64,000 bases of DNA from a virus: the IMG/VR virus record IMGVR_UViG_3300031521_000001; one strand, written 5' to 3'. Position 1 is the stretch's first letter; the number at the start of each line of letters is the position of its first letter. Both the position numbers and the translations under genes were made by a program. The notes beneath the pieces are model-generated. The model had not been told where the DNA came from and did not search any database. It saw only the letters and a list, made by a program, of their open reading frames with translations. This document shows, piece after piece, positions 27,079-35,956 of the stretch.

Positions 27079-28206
27079 ATGATAATTAATAAGAAAACAG
27101 AAGTTAAAATATATAAATGGAACATAGATTATTATAGTACATTTGTATCTGATATTAAGATGAAAGATACTATAGAGATAGAAACAGAAAAATTACAAAG
27201 AGGTAGTAACATAAAAATACAAGTGAAATGCGATAAATGCGGAGATGAAAAAACTGTAAAATTTTATTGTTATATACTAAATGTAGAGAATTGGAATTGT
27301 TTTTCATGTAGCAAATGTAGCAATAAAAATAAGATTGAAAAATCTAAAAAAACGAAAAAGGATAGATATGGAGATGAGAATTATTACAATTTAGAAAAAT
27401 CTAAAAAAACAAATTTAGAAAAATATGGAGTAGAGAATGTTTCTCAGTTGAAAGAAATAAAAGACAAAAAGACAAAAACAAATTTAAAAAATTGGGGAGT
27501 AGAAAATGTTTTTCAATCAGTTGAAATAAAAAAAGTTTCTAATAAAACTAAAAAAGAAAAATATGGTGATGAACATTTTACAAATAGAGAAAAATCCAAA
27601 AAAACTTGTTTAATTAATAATGGAGTGGAGTGGCCAACTCAATCAAATGAAGTTTTAAAAACAAGAAATTTAAACAATAAAACAAAATGGGGAGTTGAAC
27701 ATTATAATCAAACTGAAGAATGCCAAGATAGAATAAAAAATACTTGTTTAGAAAAATATGGTAAAGAATCTTATTTAGCAACAGATATTTGTCAAATAAA
27801 ATCAAGAAAAACTTGCAACGAAAAATATGGTGTTGATTATCCTTCTCAAAATTTAGAAATTCACAAAAAGCAATTTCCAAAAATGAAAACTCATGAAATT
27901 GGTATAAAATATCAGGGTTCTTATGAAAAAGATTTTTTAGAGTTATGCCAAAAACTAAACTTAAATGTTAGTAGAGGGAAAACAATAAATTTCACATTTA
28001 AAAACAAAAATAAAATTTATTTTTCTGATTATTATTTAGAAGATTATAATTTAATAATTGAAATTAAATCAATGTACATATATGAGTTAAATGAAGAGTT
28101 AAATATAGTCAAAAAAACATCAGTATTAGAACAAGGATATAATTTTATGTTCATTATTGATAAAAAATATGATGATTTTTTATTAATAATGAACATAAAA
28201 TTGTGA
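27079..28206 (+). CDS. homing endonuclease-like protein with KT.LEKYGV repeats and C-terminal PD-(D/E)xK domain
   Basis: CDKC; about 7 (K)YG/WG repeats; YFSDYY...LIIEIKS. Confidence 0.7.
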   Translation: MIINKKTEVKIYKWNIDYYSTFVSDIKMKDTIEIETEKLQRGSNIKIQVKCDKCGDEKTVKFYCYILNVENWNCFSCSKCSNKNKIEKSKKTKKDRYGDENYYNLEKSKKTNLEKYGVENVSQLKEIKDKKTKTNLKNWGVENVFQSVEIKKVSNKTKKEKYGDEHFTNREKSKKTCLINNGVEWPTQSNEVLKTRNLNNKTKWGVEHYNQTEECQDRIKNTCLEKYGKESYLATDICQIKSRKTCNEKYGVDYPSQNLEIHKKQFPKMKTHEIGIKYQGSYEKDFLELCQKLNLNVSRGKTINFTFKNKNKIYFSDYYLEDYNLIIEIKSMYIYELNEELNIVKKTSVLEQGYNFMFIIDKKYDDFLLIMNIKL

Positions 28207-28218
28207 GACATCTCACTT

Positions 28219-28503
28219 TTAATTGACAATATACTTCATGTGTCCTGCATGTGGATTATTATCAGAGCCAATATAAGTATAATATATTTCAATTGATTCT
28301 AATTCATTTGGAAGTCTTTCAACTTTTCCACTATCTTCATTAATTAGCATATTTTCTTTATATACAAATTTGACAGCAGGTTCTTCTCCTAATACAGTTC
28401 TTAGTCCAAATTTTATATCTTTGGATCCTGCATGAGTTAAATCTATATTATTATAAATATAGTCATTAATTATTTTTTCTTTGAAAATTTTTATATCATC
28501 CAT
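28219..28503 (-). CDS. hypothetical protein
   Basis: 94-aa ORF. Confidence 0.7.
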   Translation of the reverse strand: MDDIKIFKEKIINDYIYNNIDLTHAGSKDIKFGLRTVLGEEPAVKFVYKENMLINEDSGKVERLPNELESIEIYYTYIGSDNNPHAGHMKYIVN

Positions 28504-28996
28504 TTTTTTTAATTATTTTTTCTATATATTCCAATTTATCTTTTCTAAATGAAATATTTATTTTATCTAACTTAGATTTTCTATCTCTTTTAATTATTAT
28601 TGTTGATTCATACTTAAAATCCATATAAAATAGCTGTACACTTGGCATAGACATTGGAGTAACAGAAACTAATCCACCATATTGCTCATCATCTGGTAAT
28701 AAAACATTCGGTTCTTTTCCTTCAAATAATCTAAGTTTATTTATTCTATCTTCCTTTAATTGTTGATGTTTTGATTTCCGCATACCTACACCACCAAGAG
28801 TAGATGCGAACACTCTTCTAACCATAGGAAACATAAGATCACTAAAATCAGATTTAATAGATTCACTAGGTTCACCCAATTCATCTTGAATAGTATTATT
28901 ATAATTATAACCTGATAAACAATCAGTGTTATTATCATTATTTAATCCTTCTATCACAGAACTCCATTTTTCTTTAATTTTTTGTTTATCTACCAT
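28496..28996 (-). CDS. truncated major-capsid (gp23)-like paralogue carrying three RxxKL motifs
   Basis: KW..V.E.L, LMFPMVRRVFA, LVSVTPMSMPSVQLFYMDFKY align with MCP KWKPVLENL, LLPVSMKIAA, LVAVKPASSPKVDMLFVDFKY. Confidence 0.7.
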   Translation of the reverse strand: MVDKQKIKEKWSSVIEGLNNDNNTDCLSGYNYNNTIQDELGEPSESIKSDFSDLMFPMVRRVFASTLGGVGMRKSKHQQLKEDRINKLRLFEGKEPNVLLPDDEQYGGLVSVTPMSMPSVQLFYMDFKYESTIIIKRDRKSKLDKINISFRKDKLEYIEKIIKKNG

Positions 28997-29009
28997 TCAA
29001 ATCATTTTT

Positions 29010-29480
29010 TTAATAACTAATATTTTCAGTGAAAATTTTAATATAACTATCAGATTTTGCACATTTTAAATTTGATACAATTTTAGCACCATTATCCATC
29101 ATAAGTTTAATTTGTTTACCCTGATGTGTATCTAAAATTCTTATTTTAATGATCACATTAAAAGGATTAATTAATTCTTCTCCTTTTATTTTTCTCAATT
29201 TATTTTTTCGTTCCATAATAATATTTATATTAATATTTTCAATAATATGGGATACATTTCTCAAATCAACTGAAAATTCATTATTATCATATACATCCAC
29301 TTCACCATAAACGTAAACACGGTTGTCTAATTTGTTTGTTAAATAAGACAAAGATTTCAATGATTTACAATCCAAGTAATATTTAGATTCTAAGTAATAT
29401 TTAGGTTCTGAATCATATTCATCATAAATTATAATATTCTTAGATGATATTTCATATATTTTATGAGTTAATATACTCAT
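29010..29480 (-). CDS. degenerate prohead-protease (gp21)-like paralogue with RxxKL insert
   Basis: VYGEVDV...VSHIIEN...IRILDTHQGKQIK.MMDNG vs protease VYGEFDH...VSHTIEN...IRLLNTHWGKEAK.LVDDG. Confidence 0.7.
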   Translation of the reverse strand: MSILTHKIYEISSKNIIIYDEYDSEPKYYLESKYYLDCKSLKSLSYLTNKLDNRVYVYGEVDVYDNNEFSVDLRNVSHIIENININIIMERKNKLRKIKGEELINPFNVIIKIRILDTHQGKQIKLMMDNGAKIVSNLKCAKSDSYIKIFTENISY

Positions 29481-30421
29481 TTCTTTAAATTCTCTTTTAT
29501 ATCAGAAACATACGAAATCAAATGAATAATAGGATCAATAGTTTCTGTATATCTCTCGTTATAAGAACGCTGAACATTTATAAGTGTTGCTCCTATCTTT
29601 ATAATATTTGAATTGTCCATTGACATTAATCTATTAAACAGAGGTCGCCCTAGAGCTTTCATCAATTCTAATGGATTATCTTGAAAATTATTTAGCACAA
29701 AATTATAATTATCTTCAATATTATTTCTGCCATCGAACATAAACTCAAAAATAGCGTCATAGCTGGACGAACTTATTGATTTAAATTGATCAGTATTTTT
29801 AGTAATAAATACTTCCTGAAGTTTTTGTGTAGCACTTCTCAAATCAGGAAAACTAATCATAATGATTTTCTTTATTTCATCATCAGTAATAGTCATTTTA
29901 TTTTTTTGAGATATTGCTTTAAGATATTTAAGATACATAGACTGTAAATATTCTTCTTCTTCTTTATTTTTAGGATTAAAATCCACTTTCATGAATCTTG
30001 ATAATATTTTATCATCAATATCTTGAATATAATTAGTTGTAAGTATGAATCTTACATGTTGAAATGTATCTGAAAAACCTTTCATGGCTTTTTTATATTC
30101 AGTAGATACTCCATCAAACTCATCCAAAAATATAGATTTTTGAGCATCTTTAACCATAAATGGATTCAAACTTTTACAATGATTTTGTAATTGTTCTCTT
30201 AGAATATTAACACTTGTATCTTTTGACGCGTTAAATTCAATATTATCTGTTTCTTTACATAATATTCTAGCTAATGTTGTTTTACCTGTTCCTGGTGTAT
30301 CACTATAAAATATCATATTAGCTGTTAAACCATTCTTAATTAAATCTCTAACTCTTGGTAATAATATAATTGTTTTTAAGCTTTTAGGTTGGTACTTATA
30401 CCAAAACATATCATTTTTCAT
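29477..30421 (-). CDS. gp44: sliding clamp loader AAA+ subunit (T4 gp44 / RFC small-like)
   Basis: W.KY.P, PGTGKTT, EFNAS, FLDEFD, RFILTTN, SRF, FPDLR. Confidence 0.9.
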   Translation of the reverse strand: MKNDMFWYKYQPKSLKTIILLPRVRDLIKNGLTANMIFYSDTPGTGKTTLARILCKETDNIEFNASKDTSVNILREQLQNHCKSLNPFMVKDAQKSIFLDEFDGVSTEYKKAMKGFSDTFQHVRFILTTNYIQDIDDKILSRFMKVDFNPKNKEEEEYLQSMYLKYLKAISQKNKMTITDDEIKKIIMISFPDLRSATQKLQEVFITKNTDQFKSISSSSYDAIFEFMFDGRNNIEDNYNFVLNNFQDNPLELMKALGRPLFNRLMSMDNSNIIKIGATLINVQRSYNERYTETIDPIIHLISYVSDIKENLKK

Positions 30422-30526
30422 ATATTTATAATTTATAATTTATGAAGATTATAGAATTAAATATACTGAAGGTTTAATTATATCTTGATTATTTTTATAT
30501 ATAATGAAATAAAAATAATATTACAT

Positions 30527-31363
30527 ATGAATATAGATGACACGTACAATTATGATGATAATTTTGTTAGAATGTCTACAATAGCATTAGCAAAAGCATT
30601 AGAAACTAAAATTAGATGGATAAATCGTTATAGTGATGGTAGAAAAATTAGAGTATTGATTCCTTTTTATACATCATTTGCAGGACAAGAAAGATTTATG
30701 CTAGATGCATTTGTAGATGATGTTGTAGGAGATAGAGTAGAGTTAAATACAGATCAAAAACAAAGGGGTACAATAACATTTAAAGGTGGATCTCAAAGAG
30801 ATGATGAATATGCCAATCCTAATCAATTTTTAGCTAAAGAAAGCAAAATTAATGATGAATTTAGAAGTGTAATTAGTAGAGTAAAGGCTATTCCTATTTC
30901 TCTAAATTACGAAATAAGTATCACTCTAGATAATGAATGGGAAATAGATACATGCTACACTAGAATGCTAGATGCATTATACAATTATAGATTTTTTAGT
31001 ATAAGTTATTTTGGTATGAAAATAGATTCATTTTTTAAATTACCATCAGATGGAGGTATTGATATTCCAAGAAACGGTGGAATTGGTATTGACGGTAGTA
31101 CAATTACAATAAAATTTACTTTAGAAGTAGTAACTTTTTATCCATCATTCACTGTCAACACAGAAGATTATGAAATGTGTGATAATGATGATTCTATAGA
31201 TTGGGAATTTCTTGGTGTAGAAAAACCAAATGTAAATAGTAAATCAAAAGAAGAAGTCAAAAGAGCATATTGGTATAATAATTTACTTGACAATAGAACA
31301 AAAGAAGAAATAATCAAAGAAAAGGAAGACAATAGAGACAATGAAATAAATAATATGGAATAA
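30527..31363 (+). CDS. putative tail completion / sheath stabiliser (gp15-like)
   Basis: IRW.NR...IP...ERF...PISLNYEISI pattern recalled for gp15-like proteins; ATG 30527 preferred over TTG 30485. Confidence 0.5.
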   Translation: MNIDDTYNYDDNFVRMSTIALAKALETKIRWINRYSDGRKIRVLIPFYTSFAGQERFMLDAFVDDVVGDRVELNTDQKQRGTITFKGGSQRDDEYANPNQFLAKESKINDEFRSVISRVKAIPISLNYEISITLDNEWEIDTCYTRMLDALYNYRFFSISYFGMKIDSFFKLPSDGGIDIPRNGGIGIDGSTITIKFTLEVVTFYPSFTVNTEDYEMCDNDDSIDWEFLGVEKPNVNSKSKEEVKRAYWYNNLLDNRTKEEIIKEKEDNRDNEINNME

Positions 31364-31384
31364 ATAAAAAGCATAACTTATAAG

Positions 31385-31597
31385 TTATGCTTTTTTTGTC
31401 TTTCTCATTTTTATAAAAGGTTTATTGTTAATAGTTATATCACCTTTAGGATTTATTTTTATAGATTTAACTTTAATTTTCTTATTTTTAAATTTACCAC
31501 TCAATATATCATCTCCGACTTTTATTTTCATTTTAGATTTACCATCAAGAGAAATATTCAAGCTTGAATAATCCTCATATGTCTTTATAAATTTCAT
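31385..31597 (-). CDS. small KOW-like basic protein
   Basis: MKFIKTYE; IKVGDDILSGKFKNKKIKVK. Confidence 0.65.
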   Translation of the reverse strand: MKFIKTYEDYSSLNISLDGKSKMKIKVGDDILSGKFKNKKIKVKSIKINPKGDITINNKPFIKMRKTKKA

Positions 31598-31714
31598 AAG
31601 AAATATTTATTTTTTATTATATATAAAATAATATTAACAAAAAACATTTTTATCAAAAAATGAGTTTTTTTAATTAATATATAATCTCAGAGAACATCAT
31701 AAAACGAGTAAAAC

Positions 31715-31932
31715 ATGCAACATAAAATATAAAAAAGTTCGAAAATTATAATGGTGATAATTGTAATACAAATTTAACAATTTTGCATTGGAAGTCTGGA
31801 ACATATAGACTTTTGATAAAATTGATTTCATTATCTGGTGATGAATACTATGCAGATGGTGTTCAATTAAAGGAATCAGATGCTAAAAAATTAATTAATG
31901 AATTTGGAGCAAAGGTTGAAGAAAGAAATTAA
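31715..31932 (+). pseudogene. frameshifted small gene (MQHK/NIKKFENY...VEERN)
   Basis: ATG at 31715 joins a 68-codon frame if one A is added to the A4 run. Confidence 0.45.
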
Positions 31933-31946
31933 AAAAAAATAAAAAA

Positions 31947-32363
31947 ATGACAAAATTAAAAAAATTTGAAATTTTCATAAAAGAAGGGTTAAAACCAGAA
32001 GAAGGCTTCGATGATGTCGCTAATTATTCAGGTTTCGGTACAAAAAATATTGATTTCGTTGATGGCTCAATATTCACATTTTATGATTTTGCATTTGAAA
32101 ATGATAACATTGTTTTGATTGGTAAACTTGAATTAAGTGAAAACTATAGAGTATCAAATAGAATTATCGAAAACTATAATATATTACTAGTCAATCATAA
32201 TGGTAATGTTGAATTACAAGATAAATCAAATAAGATAAAGTCCTTACCAACTAGAGACACTATGGAACAGTTAAAATATATTTATAAACATGCATATGAA
32301 ACATTGATAGAAAAAGGTGATGATGCACAATATGATAATGTTAGAAAAAAATATTATAAATGA
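31947..32363 (+). CDS. hypothetical protein with capsid-targeting-like N-terminus
   Basis: MTKLKKFEIFIKE. Confidence 0.7.
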   Translation: MTKLKKFEIFIKEGLKPEEGFDDVANYSGFGTKNIDFVDGSIFTFYDFAFENDNIVLIGKLELSENYRVSNRIIENYNILLVNHNGNVELQDKSNKIKSLPTRDTMEQLKYIYKHAYETLIEKGDDAQYDNVRKKYYK

Positions 32364-32410
32364 TAAATACTAATATCAAAAATAAAAAAAAATAAAAAAA
32401 AATAAAAAAT

Positions 32411-33697
32411 ATGAAAAATTTAAAGTATGATTTGTTTAATTTCAAAAAGGATTTACCTATTGAAGATTATGAATTAAATGTAATCGTTGAGAGATATATT
32501 CGCGATTATGACAAATTTTCAGAAAAAGAACTTGTAAGTTCTTTAAAAGAAAATTTAGCAGGATATGCTTGGGACACAAAAGTAAAAAGATTGGTAGAAA
32601 ATTTACAAGATGAGATCAAGAGTGAACCTATAAATTACAATTTGAAAGATTTGTACAAAAAAATTGAAAGAAAAAATTACGGTCAAATGTATCGTCCAGC
32701 TTTGAATTCTATTCTTAATATCATAAATATTCAAGATAATGATTCAAAAATGAGTACAATATTAAATGAATTGGTTATTCATGATTGGATTCCTGAAGTA
32801 AAAATGTTTTTATCTGGATATATGAATAATCCTATTCAAAGACAAAATCTAGTAAACTCAGGTAACGCATCAAAAGTATTCACTTTAGTCGAAAAAACAA
32901 ATGAAGGTAATTTAGTATTTATGAAAGATCGTTGGTTTTTGATTGGACAAGATGAAATAAAACAAACACTTTTAGAAAACCACATCACAGACATTGAAAA
33001 ATTAAGAGAATTTAGAATCTTGGAAAAAGTTATGACAATTGGTGACATCAATGAAGATAAGATTTCTTTCAGATTAGACGAAAACTTGGTTTTGAGTATT
33101 TCAACAAAATCAGATAAAGATGTGTTTTTAAATGAAGAAAAATTAGATAAAGAAACTACATTAGAAAATTTATTTAATTCTAAAATTATTCCTTGGTTGA
33201 AAAAAGATTTTTATGTATTATCAACAACAACAGCACAAAATTTGGACAAATTTGTTGACTTAGATATTGCATTAAAAGTAGAAAATGTATTGCACCCATG
33301 TTTGGAAACTTATGTTGTAAACTACAAAGATAAATTATATGTTTATAACAATGACACTAGAACAGGTTCTGCTTTTTATGAATATAATTCACCAAATGAT
33401 TTAATTAATGATATTCAGAGAGAATTGGATTATGATTTGACAGGATTTTTAGAAAATAAACTTTCAAAAGAAGTAAAACATTTAAGAACATTGGAAGACA
33501 AAGAAATGGAAATCAAAGAATCTATCAAACAAATAGACAAAGGATTAGAATTGTTAAAAGAAAATGAAGAATTAGTAAATGAAGATAAGGCATTGAAAGA
33601 AACTTTTAATCAATTATTAGTATCTAAACATGATTTATATGAAAACTTAAAAGCTATCAAGGATGATAAAATAAAAGCAAAAAGAATGATTATATAA
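32411..33697 (+). CDS. conserved-looking hypothetical protein with C-terminal coiled coil
   Basis: 428-aa ORF followed by terminator at about 33716-33748. Confidence 0.8.
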   Translation: MKNLKYDLFNFKKDLPIEDYELNVIVERYIRDYDKFSEKELVSSLKENLAGYAWDTKVKRLVENLQDEIKSEPINYNLKDLYKKIERKNYGQMYRPALNSILNIINIQDNDSKMSTILNELVIHDWIPEVKMFLSGYMNNPIQRQNLVNSGNASKVFTLVEKTNEGNLVFMKDRWFLIGQDEIKQTLLENHITDIEKLREFRILEKVMTIGDINEDKISFRLDENLVLSISTKSDKDVFLNEEKLDKETTLENLFNSKIIPWLKKDFYVLSTTTAQNLDKFVDLDIALKVENVLHPCLETYVVNYKDKLYVYNNDTRTGSAFYEYNSPNDLINDIQRELDYDLTGFLENKLSKEVKHLRTLEDKEMEIKESIKQIDKGLELLKENEELVNEDKALKETFNQLLVSKHDLYENLKAIKDDKIKAKRMII

Positions 33698-33925
33698 TCT
33701 TTTAAATGATAAAATTAAAAAGATATCACAATTTGTGATATCTTTTTTAATAAAAATCAATTTTTATTAAACTTATATTAAACTTTTCATTATTAGAAAT
33801 CTATAAAAATTAACTTATATATACATTAGATTTCAAGGCATTAAAAAAAATTTATACATCAACATACCATATATTTTTATAGGCAATATAGAATAAAAAC
33901 AAATAAAAAAAAACAAATAAAAAAT

Positions 33926-34300
33926 ATGGCAAGATATATAGATGACACAACTTTCTACTATGAAATTATTTTATCAAAAGGCAAGGGAAAATTAACAAGA
34001 AAGTCCGAGAAAATGATAATTCTTATTGGAGAAGAAATGATAAAAAAATTTGAAAGAAAATATAAAACATCAGATGACAAATATGATTGTATGCAGCAGG
34101 GCATTCTGATGATGCTATCAAACTGGAAAGGATTCAATGAGAAAAAATATTCATCAGCCTTTCCTTATTTCTCAGAAATTTGTAAGCGTGGAATCGCAGG
34201 TGGACTAAATGTAATTTACCAAAAGAAAAATAATCAAGATATACCAAAAATGATAAGCTTAAGCAGCGCAAATGATGGTAAAGGACTTCATAACATTTAA
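33926..34300 (+). CDS. gp55: late-transcription sigma factor (T4 gp55-like)
   Basis: YID...F, D....G......W..FNE.KYSSAF.YFSEI pattern; sits in the head gene cluster. Confidence 0.7.
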   Translation: MARYIDDTTFYYEIILSKGKGKLTRKSEKMIILIGEEMIKKFERKYKTSDDKYDCMQQGILMMLSNWKGFNEKKYSSAFPYFSEICKRGIAGGLNVIYQKKNNQDIPKMISLSSANDGKGLHNI

Positions 34301-34317
34301 AAAATAATATATATAAT

Positions 34318-34581
34318 ATGGCACTAAGAGATTGGGTCAGAAATGACGGATTTATTAATTCAATACCAGGACCCTCAAATTCATATAGAGGTGATGAAGA
34401 GTTTATAGTTTTGGTTAGAGATATTCAATTCCAAGATATTCAAACTGGAGCTCACAATAGATTTCCAACACTATATGATGTTGCTAAGGCTAACGGAGGT
34501 AGAAATTACATAAATGTAACAGACAACACCAAACTTGTTCAAGATCCACCTAATTTAAATTCTTTACGAAACAAATATTGA
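34318..34581 (+). CDS. hypothetical protein
   Basis: 87-aa ORF. Confidence 0.7.
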   Translation: MALRDWVRNDGFINSIPGPSNSYRGDEEFIVLVRDIQFQDIQTGAHNRFPTLYDVAKANGGRNYINVTDNTKLVQDPPNLNSLRNKY

Positions 34582-34584
34582 TTT

Positions 34585-35112
34585 ATGGGAGCAAATAAAG
34601 CATCATTTGGTAGCAGGAAAGATAAAAAAGGTAGAAATAAATATAAACAAGGTTTTTATAATCTTGAAAATGAAGAAAAATATATTGGAATCTTACCTAT
34701 AAAATATTTTTCTTCTTGGGAGTTAGGATTTTGCAGATTTTGTGATTTGAATGATAAAGTTTTAAAATGGAGTTCTGAAAGTTTAGAAATTCCATATCAA
34801 TTTAAAAATAAATTAGGTCAAATTGAAACTCATCGTTATTATCCAGATTTTTATTTAGAAATGATAGATAATAGTGATCCAGAAAAATATGATAGACTAG
34901 TAATTGAGGTAAAACCTAAACATGAAACTGAACAACCTAAACCACCCCAACGAAAAACATTAAAAATGTTAGAAAATTATGAATATTCATTAAACACATA
35001 TAAAAAAAATATGCACAAATGGTATTTCACAAAAGAATGGTGTGAAAGACATCATTTAAAATTTATAATAATATCTGAAGATGATTTGAAAAAATATGGT
35101 ATAATAAAATGA
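34585..35112 (+). CDS. gp4: head completion nuclease (T4 gp4 / TnsA-N-like)
   Basis: YKQG, KY.G, SSWE..F...CD, WSSE...IPY, HRYYPDF, IEVKP, N..KW. Confidence 0.85.
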   Translation: MGANKASFGSRKDKKGRNKYKQGFYNLENEEKYIGILPIKYFSSWELGFCRFCDLNDKVLKWSSESLEIPYQFKNKLGQIETHRYYPDFYLEMIDNSDPEKYDRLVIEVKPKHETEQPKPPQRKTLKMLENYEYSLNTYKKNMHKWYFTKEWCERHHLKFIIISEDDLKKYGIIK

Positions 35113-35879
35113 GTAATGTATCATTCACTGAAGAACTTGAATCTTTATTTGGACAATATAACAAAAACATCAACTTGATTAGAAAAGAATCTACAGAAGA
35201 GTTGTTTGGTTACATCACTAGAAATCCAAATAAGCAAATAAGACCTACGACATTAGCAAATATACAAATAGGCAAATTTTATATAATCAAATATAATTAC
35301 AACGGAAACAAATTATGGTGTCCAATATTAACTATACCTCCAATAAAAAATTCTAATGAACTTGGTGTTTTAGAGAGTCAGCTAAAAATTGTAAATATCA
35401 AGAAAATATTATATGCAGTAAATTTTGATTATTTACCAATATTATATAAAGCAAAATTAATAGATTCTATAATACAAACAAATCCTGATAGATATGAAAA
35501 AAACTCAGATAAAATATCCAAAGGCGATATAGTAAACAATGAATTTTATTTTAATGTGAATTGGATTTATCAATATTTAAAAATAAATGGTAAAAAAAAT
35601 TATTCTATAACTGCATATGATATATCTAAAATAGAACATGTATATCAAGTATCTTCCACCATTCTTCATAGATTTGTTTTCTTAGATACATATAAAATAA
35701 ATAATAGTTTAATGTATGAAACATTAAATAATATTGTTAACAATAAACTCAAAGGAGAATTCTCTGATAAAATAATAATGTATGAGGAAATATTAAAATT
35801 ATACGAAAAAGATATTGAAAATTTTTATACATCATTGAAAAATTTTGAAAAAAATTTAAAATTAATTGAAAAATTATAA
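35109..35879 (+). CDS. hypothetical protein, possibly DNA end protector (gp2-like)
   Basis: GKFY...Y, P.L, AVNFDYLP motifs; adjacent to gp4-like gene. Confidence 0.4.
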   Translation: MSNVSFTEELESLFGQYNKNINLIRKESTEELFGYITRNPNKQIRPTTLANIQIGKFYIIKYNYNGNKLWCPILTIPPIKNSNELGVLESQLKIVNIKKILYAVNFDYLPILYKAKLIDSIIQTNPDRYEKNSDKISKGDIVNNEFYFNVNWIYQYLKINGKKNYSITAYDISKIEHVYQVSSTILHRFVFLDTYKINNSLMYETLNNIVNNKLKGEFSDKIIMYEEILKLYEKDIENFYTSLKNFEKNLKLIEKL

Positions 35880-35956
35880 TATAGATATTAATTGAAGTGA
35901 AATGATTTAAATGAGCACAAGTATTTTAATATATAATAAAAATTAATAGATAAACA

